Positions 1-12,229 of a DNA stretch of 63,629 nt are shown here, piece after piece. The stretch lies in contig NC_068987.1 in assembly GCF_001194135.2 (NCBI RefSeq), forward strand, positions 106,777,942-106,841,570. The letters are read 5' to 3'. Both the position numbers and the translations under genes were made by a program. The notes beneath the pieces are model-generated. The model did not search any database, was not told where the DNA came from, and saw nothing but the letters and a program-made list of their open reading frames with translations. Source of the DNA: Octopus bimaculoides. Its lineage: Eukaryota. Within the stretch, counting starts at the first letter, position 1. Each line of letters begins with the position of its first letter.

Positions 1-11
1 AAATAAAACTA

Positions 12-12
<1 letters not shown>

Positions 13-107
<95 letters not shown>
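13..107. repeat. (AAT)n microsatellite
   Basis: Pure AAT repeat directly abutting the 5'-truncated retroelement at 107. Confidence 0.98.
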
Positions 108-641
108 TCAAACTGACAGAAAGATAGATGTGAATAGGCTAGACATTCAAACTGACAGAAAGATAGATGCGAATGGGCCAGACATTATATTGTAACACTT
201 CAGACAAAAATCATGCCTCCTCATTGATATGACTGTCCCAATCGACATAAATGTATCTGAGCAAGTATAAAGATCGTGAAGTATCAATCGGCAAAATGTG
301 GAACCTCAAGACTAAAATAATACATGTTATCAAAGGTGTTCTAGAAATGATAGCAAAAGGGGCTGATTGCTACCTAGCTCAGATACCAATAAACTCCAAA
401 ATGGCAGAAATTCAAAAGATAGTGCTCATCGGAATTGCCCATATCCTATGTAAAATACTGTCTATGTAATTGCAAATTTTAAAACAAATTCAAAATTTTC
501 TTGTTTTCTTAAACATTCTCTAGAACAAAACTATGTACAAAACCAAATACATGGCACCCAAAGCATAACACCAATATTTCTTTTGAGGTCTCTGGGTAAG
601 ACTTGGAATCAACTTGTACAAATACAATGCAAAATTCAAGC

Positions 642-644
<3 letters not shown>
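107..644 (+). mobile_element. 5'-truncated R4/Dong-like non-LTR retrotransposon: degenerate restriction-like endonuclease C-terminus plus 3' UTR
   Basis: Frames read IQTDRKIDANGPDIIL, FRQKSCLLIDMTVPIDINVS and LSKYKDREVSIGKMWNLKTKIIHVIKGVLEMIAKG...EIQKIVLIGIAHILCKILSM* (stop 467-469). This matches the RPD..(I)D..P..KY..W..PV..GALG..IQK pattern of RLE elements. Flanked by (AAT)n on both sides. Confidence 0.85.
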
Positions 645-739
<95 letters not shown>

Positions 740-775
740 ATAGCAACAGTAACAACAACGGCAAATAGATTAATG

Positions 776-808
<33 letters not shown>

Positions 809-860
809 GCTGTAAAAACAAAAACTACATTAGCAGCAACAACAGCTACAGCCAGAGAAT
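645..860. repeat. Compound (AAT)/(AGT)/(AAC) microsatellite
   Basis: Seen directly; source of the poly-N/S/I/V/L ORFs. Confidence 0.95.
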
Positions 861-1199
861 AAAGTTTGGTTATTTGTGTTTCTGAATGCGTGTGCGCGTA
901 TCTTCAGCAACTTATTAAAACATTAAAATGGTGAATCTTCTATGATTTCCCCCTAATCTAATTGCATTATTTGAGATTACTTGTCAGAAGAAAAATGCAA
1001 ACACAAAAATTAAATTACGATCAAATATTAGTTTCTTTTTACATTTGACGTGCAGTGTACAGCGTACAGAAGTATAAAGACATGCTGGGAGAATAAGCAA
1101 TGGACCTACAGGCATATAAGTGTGTGCATAAATTTCCGTTTCACGATATGGTTTTAACATATATGCCTACATACACACCTACAAACACCAGTGCAGTCA

Positions 1200-1545
1200 C
1201 AGTACACATATTTCTGTATGTAGATGTGCATATGCATGAATGTATATGCGTTTTTATATGTAAATGAGCAAACACGCACGCCCACACATATGTATATATA
1301 CTATATGCTCTCGAGGATACATACATACATACATACGTACATACGTACATGCATACATACATACTTACATACATACATACATACATACATAAATACATAC
1401 ATCCACACATACATAAATATCTATATATCTATATATATACACACACACAAACACATCTGTGTCTCTCTCACACTCACAGACACAGACACAGACATACACA
1501 CATACACAAATACTCACACATATATACATTAGACAGACAGCTATA
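1200..1545. repeat. (ATAC)n/(AT)n/(AC)n compound microsatellite
   Basis: Seen directly. Confidence 0.9.
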
Positions 1546-1689
1546 GGTATAGAGATGTATACATAATGATATTGTGTTGAATTTTAAGAATAACGGAATA
1601 TTTATTGAAGCTATTACTTCTTTTTCTGAATAGGGTCACCTTTATTCAGAACATCCTATTCTACTTGAATTTTTGACGAAAGTGTTGCA

Positions 1690-2110
1690 GATGATGCTGT
1701 CTACTGCGGTTGCTTTTACGCAGTCCAGTAATGCAAAATATCATGGTCAGTTCCTAATTTTAACATCAAAGTATCCTATTAGAATTAACTTGTCGTCTTT
1801 GTTTGTACCAGATAACAAATTTCTCAGCTTAGAATAGAGTAGTACTATGTCCCCTTCAGGATGTGTAGTAGTGGGAGCAGAATCGCTGACTATAGTGACA
1901 TATCTTCCTTCATTTAAGTAGAAGGCTTAACGTTCTATCTGATGTGCCATAAGGTAATTCTTGGAGCTTCTCAACTAACTCGGTCTTTATAGCAATTCCT
2001 AGTGCACTCTTTTTGTTCTCCTCTGCTTTCTATTTGCAAACGTTTCTATATCTCGTATTGACTTCAATGGTCTGCCCTTCGTTAGAAAGGTGTATTTCTG
2101 AACTTGCTGT
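1690..2110 (-). mobile_element. RTE-clade LINE fragment, apurinic endonuclease domain, pseudogenised
   Basis: Minus strand reads TASSEIHLSNEGQT...LGIAIKTELVEKLQELPYGTSDRTLSL / GRYVTIVSDSAPT...LYSKLRNLL..DKLILIGYFDV. It resembles RTE APE motifs (SETRL, GVGFAIK, LP.GISDR, YAPT, DKLILLGDFNA). One stop and a frameshift. Confidence 0.8.
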
Positions 2111-2164
2111 TCAAAAACTTGTGTTGCAACAGCAGAAACAACAACAAAAACAACAACAACAACA

Positions 2165-2222
<58 letters not shown>

Positions 2223-2223
<1 letters not shown>

Positions 2224-2440
2224 TAAGTGCTTTGGACAAAATGCTTAGCGGCATTTCTTTCGGCGCTGTACATTCTGAGTTCAAATCCCGTCTAGTTGGA
2301 CTTTGACTGTAATCATTTCGACGTTGATAAGACAATTACCAGTTCAACACATGATTATGTAATCGACAAACTTATGCCCTCAAATTACTGGCATTGTGCC
2401 CTCAAATTACTGGCATTGTGCCATAATTTTAATTAATTGA
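2223..2440 (+). mobile_element. SINE family A copy (degenerate) with a 21-bp tandem duplication in its tail
   Basis: AAATGCTTAGCGGCATTTC...TTCTGAGTTCAAATCCC B-box region; CCCTCAAATTACTGGCATTGTG occurs twice. Confidence 0.75.
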
Positions 2441-2619
2441 TGTTAGTGGCATCGTTTTTTTCTATGATTATTATTTCATACACACACAACAGACTAGACT
2501 GTTGGAAAAGAAAGATTCATATCAACGACAGTATCTGGAGTTATAATATGTTTTCCTCTATCCAGCTGTTCAAATCAAAAGGAAGAGTTCCTAATCAACC
2601 CATAACTACAGGGTAATTT

Positions 2620-2628
2620 TTATTATCA

Positions 2629-2692
<64 letters not shown>

Positions 2693-2700
2693 CATTATAA

Positions 2701-2740
<40 letters not shown>

Positions 2741-2938
2741 GTAGTAGTAGTAGTAGAAGTAGTAGTGGTAGTAGTATTCTAAGTAGTCTAAATATTGTTG
2801 TTATTATTATTATAATTACTATTATTATCATTATTATTATTATTATTATTTTATGTTTGACTTTTCTTTGCCTTTGTACAAGTTGGATCCAAGTCTCACC
2901 CAGAGACCTCAAGAGACAACAAGATCCAACTTGTAAAA

Positions 2939-3009
<71 letters not shown>

Positions 3010-3030
3010 CATTATCTATTATTATTATTG
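2620..3030. repeat. (TAT)/(TAG) microsatellite array interrupted at 2851-2938
   Basis: Seen directly. Confidence 0.95.
2851..2938 (-). mobile_element. 88-nt 3'-terminal derivative of the R4/Dong-like element with an inverted 5' segment
   Basis: Minus strand TTGAGGTCTCTGGGTGAGACTTGGATCCAACTTGTACAAA...CATAAAATAAT matches 584-644. Perfect 13-bp inverted repeat at 2877-2889 / 2923-2935. (TAA)n on both sides. Confidence 0.85.
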
Positions 3031-3450
3031 AGTAAGAGAGCAGTGCATGTCATCAACACGATAAGGGGTAAACTATACGAAGCCCATTATACCCATCATG
3101 ACTACCCCTGTGATAAGGGTACACCAGTGATGTTGCGTCACAACCATATGTGCGTGACATGGTGATCTCATATTAAGATAAACAGCGCATGAACTTGGAG
3201 GTGGGGCCCAGTTAGAATATTCTTTATGTTGAGTAGCCCATCCAACTCAAAATGTCCCTGAATAAAGGTTGTTTGAATATGTTGAATGATGCTCAACTGA
3301 GTAAGGTCAAACAACTAACAAGCAAATCTATGGTATCGGGCAGAATATTTGCTGTAGCTCATTTTTTATGCCAAGACAAAACAATGTCCATGATAACACT
3401 CCCAATCAGTTAAGATAAGAAGCCATGAGAGCCACTTCTTGGTACTTTAT
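3031..3450. mobile_element. Unclassified non-coding interspersed repeat between (TAT)n and (CAT/CGT)n tracts
   Basis: Complex sequence with sharp junctions into trinucleotide repeats on both sides. It resembles an octopus repeat I recall; no ORF and no tRNA boxes seen. Confidence 0.5.
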
Positions 3451-3464
3451 CGGGGCATTTATGA

Positions 3465-3517
3465 TTGGCATCGTCATCATCAACATCGCCATCATCATCA
3501 CCATCATCATCATCATC

Positions 3518-3556
<39 letters not shown>

Positions 3557-3605
3557 CTCATCATCATCATCACCATCATCACTTTTGTCATCATCACCAT
3601 CAACG
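3465..3605. repeat. (CAT)/(CGT) microsatellite
   Basis: Seen directly. Confidence 0.95.
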
Positions 3606-4079
3606 CCAGTATTATTAGCTCTGTTTCTAAAAGTGCTGTCAGGTGAAGTTTGGTGAGGCACTCTCAAAGCACTAAATTGATAAGGCACTACTGCATTTAC
3701 GGTTGGTCGCCATGTTTATAAGCCATAGTACATTTATGGTATTATGGTACACACAGCAAGATAATGTTCTGATTTTATAATGAATTAACGGTCTTTCAAG
3801 GAGAACCAAATAGGTTCCTCTCTTTGTATTTGCATCATTCTATCATTTTCTGAACCAATATTCGTTCCTAGCATTCAAACACATATCTATCTTACACACA
3901 CTCTCTCTACCTCCCTGTACTCTCTCTCCTCTCTCTTTCCCTCTTTCCCACTCTCTCTCTCTATCTATCTATCTGTAGTACTATATATACATACAATTAT
4001 ATATTCGGACGCGTGTACTTTAACATACGTATACATAGAGGCATTCACAATGAAATGCATATCTACATACTTACGCAGA

Positions 4080-4090
4080 TACGCTTCCAT

Positions 4091-4166
<76 letters not shown>

Positions 4167-4322
4167 CGTGTGTGTGTGTGTATCTATCTATCTATCTATC
4201 TATATATCTATCTATACATATGGTTATATATATATAAATATATATATATACATATATGAAAATATATACATATGAATGTATATATATATATATACAAATA
4301 AATACCCATGTATATACGAATA

Positions 4323-4368
<46 letters not shown>

Positions 4369-4400
4369 CATTATATATTACATATACATACATATATTAT
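4080..4400. repeat. (TA)n/(TG)n/(TATC)n compound microsatellite
   Basis: Seen directly. Confidence 0.95.
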
Positions 4401-5289
4401 CTGTAAATATAATCTAGAACGTATTCATGCAGAACATCCTAATTTGCAAGTTTGAATGAATGAACATTATTTCCTATGTTCGTAGTGCTTCCTACGCAAC
4501 AGATAGATAATCATATAGAAAATAAATGAGAAATAGAATGTCTGTAGAATACTAATACAGGAATATAAAATTGGGATATCTTCACTATTGGAGTGTGGAA
4601 ACCATATTATTTTATTTTATATGGCTAAGGTATTGAGTAACTGGTTTAGTCCTAGGGTATAGTACCTTCAGGAATAGCCATCATGAGTCTTTGGAAAAAA
4701 AAAATCAAGACTAGATCTATTTGGATCTAAGTTGGGATTTGATCAACACGTTTAGATCAACTGGATGAGAGGGTCAAAAGTTGAGAGACCCGAACACTTA
4801 TGTGACTCCAGCAACATTACAGACGATGCATCCCAGACTTTACCAATATGCATCTCAATGCAACGTATGCGTGCGCGCGTGTTTGAGTGTGTATGCATGT
4901 ATGTATGTGTATATAAATATATGTATAAAATATTTAAAACAGTGAAAAAACTACAGAAGGTTTGTGTTATTTGGTTAAAGTATATATATATTAATCGTTA
5001 TGTTACAAAAATATTATAAAATTTTGAATATAGAAGCATTGTTTTGGGAGAAATAACCGGTTTCGTTTTTTCTTTTTAAATTTCTCTATCTGTATCGTAA
5101 CATATCTTCGCTACGTATATATACATATATATATATATATAGCTATATATATGATGCATGTATATATATATATATATATATATACTTGCAGTACATGCAA
5201 GGAACGATGATACCACGATTTGCTATGAAGTGAAGCAGTTTAATATGATACCCTGTTCACATATTTACAACAATCGCAAGAAACCCCAT

Positions 5290-5680
5290 TGTAACCACAC
5301 TGTTTCATTCCAACTCGTAGCACCTTAGCCAAATACTTTTCTACGATAGCACCGAGCCATCCAATGTATTGTGAGTTTGATAGACCGAGACTGTAAGAAA
5401 TCCTAACTGATATCCTTTTGTGTAGGTGTGTATATGTGTGTGTGTGTGTGTGTTTGTTTGTGTGTGTTCGTACTGTGATTGCCTGTCCACCATTTGAGAA
5501 CCATTTCTGGTTTGTTTATGCCCGTAACCTTGTGCGTGATGGAAAAAAAACCGATGGAATAATTACCACAGTTAAAAATAAATACTAGGGTTAATTTGCT
5601 CGACTAGATCTCCCAATGCGGTGCTGCGGCATGGCCAAAGCCCCATGGCTAAGTTAAATGAAAGATACAAGATAAAAGAA
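5290..5680 (+). mobile_element. SINE family B copy, near full length, old, with internal (TG)n
   Basis: Colinear with the better copy at 49343-49728: GCACCTT..CAAAT..TTCTAC, CCCGTAAC and GCTCGACTA..GCGGTGCT..GCATGGCC blocks. Confidence 0.8.
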
Positions 5681-6901
5681 CGGTAACTCTTCGGTAAATC
5701 TAGTGCAGATCCAAGTGGATTCTTTAAGGAAACCTATTAGCTCTACCGCTCTGAAATAGAAAGAATTTGGTAGGTTTTGGCAATAGGTTCAGAAATAAGC
5801 AATTGAAATCGAGACAAAAGAAAGGTAAAAGACCGGTAAGGTTTTTGATTTACCCCGGAAAGATGAAAGTTGCAATCGTACGTTTTAACAGCATTAGCAT
5901 ATCTACAGCCATTTTCTGGGTATATAGCAATACATAAAAGTAATATAGTATTTCATATGAAATGTTGAGCAGATTTATAAGCTAGTATGAAGTATGAGTG
6001 GAGGAATCAAAGAAACTATGATTAATGCTATTCTCGTTCCAGAAGTAAGTACTGAAGATAACTTCGAAAAAAATTTGATCTTGTTTAGAACATCTTATCA
6101 ATGTATAGACTTCAATGTACTCGAGCTACAGAGAATAATTAAGTAATTGTGCAAATTTTATTTAGGTTCGTGTAGGAAGACAGAGTTATTAAGAGATAAA
6201 ATTTTAGAGGAGATAAAAAATAAAAAAAAAACAATTAAAAGAAAGAGCAGGAAATTCAGTGATAAGGTAATTAATGCCTAGAGAAAGACAAAGTTAAGGA
6301 AACATAATGAATTGTGTCATACATACATATATACATAAGTAAACAAATAGTCATATATGCGTTTCTACGTATCTATGCGCGTATGTGTCTGTGTGTAGGA
6401 AAGATTTTCCGACTAATACTACATCTTTATAAAGAGTTAGACATGTTTTATTCCCGTTGCTTATAGGGCTCTCACGAACTCCTACATTGCATCCTGCAAT
6501 TTGACTGGGAAGTAATAAAACCCTTATTAATGAGGAGAAATCTGACATATATGGAATATGTGGTATTGTGTATAACCAGGCACTTCATTCTGTTACAGTA
6601 ATACTTAACACGGTGTAATAGTAAAAGAGTCGCTGATATGACTGTCACCGACAACTAAGTGGTTTTAATCACTTAATATTACGTTGAGAGTGTTGAAATA
6701 TATCACTTTAAATGACGAAATCTGGAACAAAAGACAAGAGATGACGTCATCGAAATTTGAGTTAATTACATATGATTAATTATAGAAATGTGTGCAGTTT
6801 GCTTGCTGCCTTGAGGAATGAATAGTATTGCAGCGTGTTGCTGATGGTGGCGGTAGCGCAGAGAGACCATAAAAGTTAACAATAAAGAGGTTTTTCATTA
6901 C

Positions 6902-7009
6902 CTCTGATGTTTCGAGTAAAAACTTCGTTGCAGAAGAGAGAAATATATAAAGTAGATATCCATTGCATTGCCGTATCGAGTACTTGCGTGTGATATTCTA
7001 CATTCCATG
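6902..7009 (-). CDS. Candidate internal coding exon (108 nt, phase 1-1), unknown protein
   Basis: Acceptor TACTTTTCATCTTACAG and donor AG|GTAATG. Open frame (A)WNVEYHTQVLDTAMQWISTLYISLFCNEVFTRNIR; a second frame is also open. No family recognised. Confidence 0.35.
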
Positions 7010-7329
7010 CTGTAAGATGAAAAGTATTTATGGCTCTCTATTGAGTTCCATGTTTTAAGACTGAAAATAGTCCCAAAGAAGCCATTGTATGTAAAAAATA
7101 AATAAATAAATAAAAAAACATAGTTCAATGATTAAGATTCTGCTCGAATTGAATGAATATTAATTGATAATATGAATACAATATCAAACAAGAGCAGTCA
7201 GAGAGCGAATACATCTGCCAAGAAAACACCAGCGTTCTCTCAACGATTAGCTGGAGATGATTTTTAAAATGAGAATATCTGAGATAAACTCAAATGGTCT
7301 AGCAAACGAGAATATTAAAAATGAACCCG

Positions 7330-7533
7330 GCCACTCTCAAAAGTTAAATTTAAAAAAAACAGGGAACATGATACAGAATCTTTATTTGGTACCGGATCGA
7401 TCTCAAAATCTAATCGGTTCGTGACAATCACGAGGCCAAGTATCTCTGAAAGTTTCATTCAAATCCATCATGCGGATCTTGAGATATCTTGTCCATGGAG
7501 AAAAAAACAAGCTAACAAACACGACTGATAAAC
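7330..7533. repeat. Probable non-autonomous DNA-repeat fragment truncated by a gap
   Basis: CAAAATCTAATCGG...AAAGTTTCATTCAAATCCATC..GAGATATCTTG motifs resemble widespread invertebrate HINE/MITE-like repeats. Recognition only. Confidence 0.35.
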
Positions 7534-7843
7534 NNNNNNNNNNNNNNNNNNNNNNNNNNNNNNNNNNNNNNNNNNNNNNNNNNNNNNNNNNNNNNNNNNN
7601 NNNNNNNNNNNNNNNNNNNNNNNNNNNNNNNNNNNNNNNNNNNNNNNNNNNNNNNNNNNNNNNNNNNNNNNNNNNNNNNNNNNNNNNNNNNNNNNNNNNN
7701 NNNNNNNNNNNNNNNNNNNNNNNNNNNNNNNNNNNNNNNNNNNNNNNNNNNNNNNNNNNNNNNNNNNNNNNNNNNNNNNNNNNNNNNNNNNNNNNNNNNN
7801 NNNNNNNNNNNNNNNNNNNNNNNNNNNNNNNNNNNNNNNNNNN

Positions 7844-7875
<32 letters not shown>

Positions 7876-8599
7876 TATGTGCGTGTGTCAATTTATATAT
7901 ACATTTACACACATACCAGCACACACTCGCGAGTGCACACATACACACACAAACAAACAAACACACATATTCGTTATTTCAAGATTTGAAAATCGTGTTT
8001 AATTTTTAGTTCATAATTAATTAAATAGTTCTAAGTTAACATTTTCTAGTTATACTTATTATTAAGTTTTCATTTTTGTGTTTGTTATTTGTCATATTTA
8101 ATATTCGATGAATATTATTACTATGTCGTATAGCACACTGAATTTCTTTAATTAAATTTAGATCAAATCAAGTCTCATGTTTTGAGGTAACAAAATGGCT
8201 TCGTAGACATATTGGTCTTATTGGACTTACTCAGCCAAAGGTTTATGACGCAGAAGTCATTTTTTGGCATAATTTCTAATATTTTGTTCAATTATTATTT
8301 TGGCAAAATGTGTATCATGGCATTTTTTCTCAATTGTAATTGCAACGACCTAATTTATATTTATGCATATAATATCTTAACCTAAATTGATTTACTGTTA
8401 GTCTGATGTAATTTATACCATTTTGTTAAATGTACTAGTAATTTGTAACTGATAGAACACAGGGTTCTAAGTTATACAGTTACATACAGTTACATATTGT
8501 GGACTTAATTTAATTTCTATTCTGGTACTTTGAATTATTAATTTTGTTTTAAATAATTATTGTCGAAATTATAACGCGTGAGAAAGTATACATTATAGC

Positions 8600-8745
8600 A
8601 ACTTTTTGGCTAGGGCCGTTTATGTTCTGAGTTCAAATCACTTCTAGGTCAAATCTAACTTTTATCTTTACGGGATTAATTGAACTAGTGTAACAGTCAA
8701 GAAATAGAGTCAATATAATCGACTGTCCCCGCATCCAAAATATCT
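8600..8745 (+). mobile_element. SINE family A remnant
   Basis: TATGTTCTGAGTTCAAATC B-box region and ATAATCGACTG block. Confidence 0.6.
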
Positions 8746-9245
8746 ATATTAAACTAATGTAAGAAATTGCTTATGGATGTTATGTTAACGCAAAGTCAGA
8801 AGCTTAGATTACGTAAGTGAATCGTGAAAACGATTCACTTCTGATGATCAAGAGAAAAGTTGCACAAGATGTGGAGTATTTTTCGAACCAAGATATTGGC
8901 ACTGTAAACGTTATGCTTTAGATTATAGGCCTAAGTTATATGAAATTGCAGTAGCATATCCACAACGGAAGCCAATAAAAACAACTGCTTAGGAATTCGA
9001 AAGAAAACAGCTGAATTAGAAGATACAAAGGGAACATTGAAATAGGACGTGCAGTTGCTAAGACTGTCTAAAATTTGCCGACAGCAGGAACCCAACCAAA
9101 TTAACAGTTGAGTAATTAAAATTAATAAAAAATATGTGCGTGTGTGTATGTGCGTGTGTGTATGTGCGTGTGTGCATGAGTGTCTAAGTGTGTGCATGTA
9201 TCTACACACTTACACACACGTACATACATGCATACACACTTACAA

Positions 9246-9345
9246 AGCGGAAGCACGTGGCTTAATGATTAGAGGTGTTGCCCTCATGATCGTAAGGATG
9301 TGGTTTCAATTCCTGGACCGGGACGATAGGTTGTGTTTTCGTTTC
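9246..9345 (+). mobile_element. tRNA-like SINE head (family C), truncated
   Basis: GTGGCTTAATGATTAG A-box-like and GGTTTCAATTCCT B-box-like sequences. Confidence 0.6.
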
Positions 9346-9535
9346 GTTTCACTTTTCTCGAGTCTACGCTGACAAAGAACAAATAATCCAGCAACTGACC
9401 AGATTCCCGTCCAAGAAGGTAATATAAACGTTACGGAATTCGGAAAACTGACCTAATCCGCTATTTCTTTTACTTTTGGTTAATCTTGTCGTTATCCACG
9501 GGTTTTTGCTGAACAGCAGGTAAAGATATTTTATT

Positions 9536-10682
9536 CATAATAATTAGACTATTGTGCTGTCCATTAGCTTACTGCCAACATAGAATAAACATAGCCTGTA
9601 CATGGCGACGGTGTGTAATGGGTCAGGATTTCGCAGTGATCACAATAAGAAATACATTAAACATTTATCCACACGCTTTGTCATATATGTGTGTGTGATT
9701 TGCCGAACCATTTGCCGTAAAATCGCGGAACACCGTGGGATCCCTATTTATGTAGTTAATAGGGTGATTGTGAAATTCACCGGAGAGTAGAATTCTACAT
9801 CACCTTGCCCAGGTGAATCACAACTCTTTGACAAGACCCATTGCTTTGCAGAACAAAGTGATGTCAGACCCAGAACAGCTGTCATGTATCTCCACAAACT
9901 CGTTTACTATGGCAGAGCAGCAAGACGGAAGTCACTTCTTCAACTAGCCAATATCAAGTGTAGAGAAGATTGGGCCTGTGAGATGATGGTTTGACCGCTA
10001 GCATTTTGGGACACTATCATATTCTCTGATGAGTCCGGATTTGCTGTATTTTCTGACAGCGGTCAAATGTAGGTTTGGAGACTCTGTGATCAAAAATTTG
10101 ATGTGAAAAGATTGCTGCCAACAATGAAACAAGGCAGCATGTCTGTGATAGCCTGGTCAGCAATATGGAGCAATGGCCAATCAGAGCTGGTGGTGTGTGA
10201 CGGAAACATAAACTCAGATAAATATGTGTCCATATTGCAGAAAGGACTCTTTCCAATTGTCTCCATTAGTGAAATGATTAAAAAAGACTTTTATTTACAA
10301 AAGATGGCGCTCCTTGTCACGCGGCAAAAAGATCGAAGATTGTCTGGAAAAGAATGACATTGAATAACTACCATTTCCTTCTTTTAAGACTCAGGGGCTT
10401 AAGAGACAGGGCACTTCGTAAAAAGACCGAGGAATCATCCTCAAAGCCGGATCTTTTGAGATTACTGCATGAAACGTGACAAGAAATTCCCCAAGAGCAC
10501 ATTTGTCATCTGATCAGTAGCATGCCTTACAGGATCTTGGCATTGAAAAATGCAAATGGCATGTCTACTAAATATTAGATACTTACATTATAATAATTAA
10601 TAAATAATTCGAATATATAATATCAGATTTAAGTAAATTCGAATCTTTATAAGGGTGTCTAATTATTTCTGTCATGCCTGTG
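9536..10682 (+). mobile_element. Tc1-like DD34E transposon, defective
   Basis: HTH ICRKIAEHRGIPIYVVNRVIVKF; FWDTIIFSDESGF; PTMKQGSMSVIAWSAIW; KDGAPCH; C-terminus LISSMPYRILALKNANGMSTKY*. Right TIR about 10650-10682 (reverse complement CACAGGCATGACAGAAATAATTAGACACCC) followed by TA. Left TIR only vestigial (ATAATTAGAC about 9540). The SPDLNPIE segment is deleted. Confidence 0.9.
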
Positions 10683-11115
10683 TACATATGTATGTATATA
10701 TATATATANNNNNNNNNNNNNNNNNNNNNNNNNNNNNNNNNNNNNNNNNNNNNNNNNNNNNNNNNNNNNNNNNNNNNNNNNNNNNNNNNNNNNNNNNNNN
10801 NNNNNNNNNNNNNNNNNNNNNNNNNNNNNNNNNNNNNNNNNNNNNNNNNNNNNNNNNNNNNNNNNNNNNNNNNNNNNNNNNNNNNNNNNNNNNNNNNNNN
10901 NNNNNNNNNNNNNNNNNNNNNNNNNNNNNNNNNNNNNNNNNNNNNNNNNNNNNNNNNNNNNNNNNNNNNNNNNNNNNNNNNNNNNNNNNNNNNNNNNNNN
11001 NNNNNNNNNNNNNNNNNNNNNNNNNNNNNNNNNNNNNNNNNNNNNNNNNNNNNNNNNNNNNNNNNNNNNNNNNNNNNNNNNNNNNNNNNNNNNNNNNNNN
11101 NNNNNNNNNNNNNNN

Positions 11116-11178
<63 letters not shown>

Positions 11179-11288
11179 AAACTCCCCAATCACATATAGA
11201 AACATTTAATGAGTAAATACACTAAAAATACCTATAGTAAAAATCAAAAACGTACAAAGTAATAAATATTAAAATAGTAAATATACAT

Positions 11289-11414
11289 ACCAACCACATG
11301 ATTCCGGGTTCAGTCCCACTGCGTAACAACATGGGCAAGTGCCTTCAGCATAGCCTTGGTGAAATCAAAGCCTTGTCAGTGGATTCGGTAGACAGAAACT
11401 GAAAGTAGTCCATC

Positions 11415-11420
<6 letters not shown>
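11289..11420 (+). mobile_element. SINE family B 5' half ending in (TA)n
   Basis: ACCAACCACATGATTCCGGGTTCAGTCCCACTGCG B-box and GGATTCGGTAGACAGAAACTGAAAG. Confidence 0.9.
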
Positions 11421-11458
<38 letters not shown>

Positions 11459-12003
11459 GTTTATGCACACATATATACATACATGCACACGCGCTTATAC
11501 TTACAGTCACATGAATTCATGCTTGTACACCGATATAGAATATGTACCTGCGCACACTTTAGGGCGTCGCTAATACAGTAATTACTACACAGCACAGCGC
11601 ACTCTGCATTAAGCAATAATACTCAGCTCCCTCAAAGACTCTCTTCATTTTCGTGGTCTTCTACATTTGCAAACAATAACCATGTTATCGATGAATAAAT
11701 TTATGGTCATGTCATCTTTTCACTGAATTCAATAACGCCATTATACAATTGGTGCTTCACATCAATATTTCCTCGTTTAACATTATAAATAACCTTCGAC
11801 TATCAACATTCTGCACAAGATTCCCTGTTAGTACAAGCGCTTATACTATGTAATTATATAAATATAGACATGTGTAACCACACAAAAACGCAGACAGTAT
11901 CAGAAAATCTCATATAAAACCGATAGGCGAACGCCACTAACTTAATGGACAGGTGAATGTTTATATGTGTTTATGTATGTCACTGTATATATCTATGTAT
12001 GCC

Positions 12004-12086
<83 letters not shown>

Positions 12087-12229
12087 CGACGGTAACAACG
12101 GCAATAACAAATAACAATAGAACTTGGTTTTCGTCACCTGTTTACTGCTTGTTTCGTGTTGCTGCTTTCCGAAGTAACTATTCACTCTTAAACAATCCAA
12201 GCGTTAACATTTGTATCTATATAGTAATT

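Noticed and set aside
8841-8860. CTGATGA-TCAAGA-GAAA hammerhead-like string
   Set aside because: Stem II cannot form and there is no stem I or III partner.
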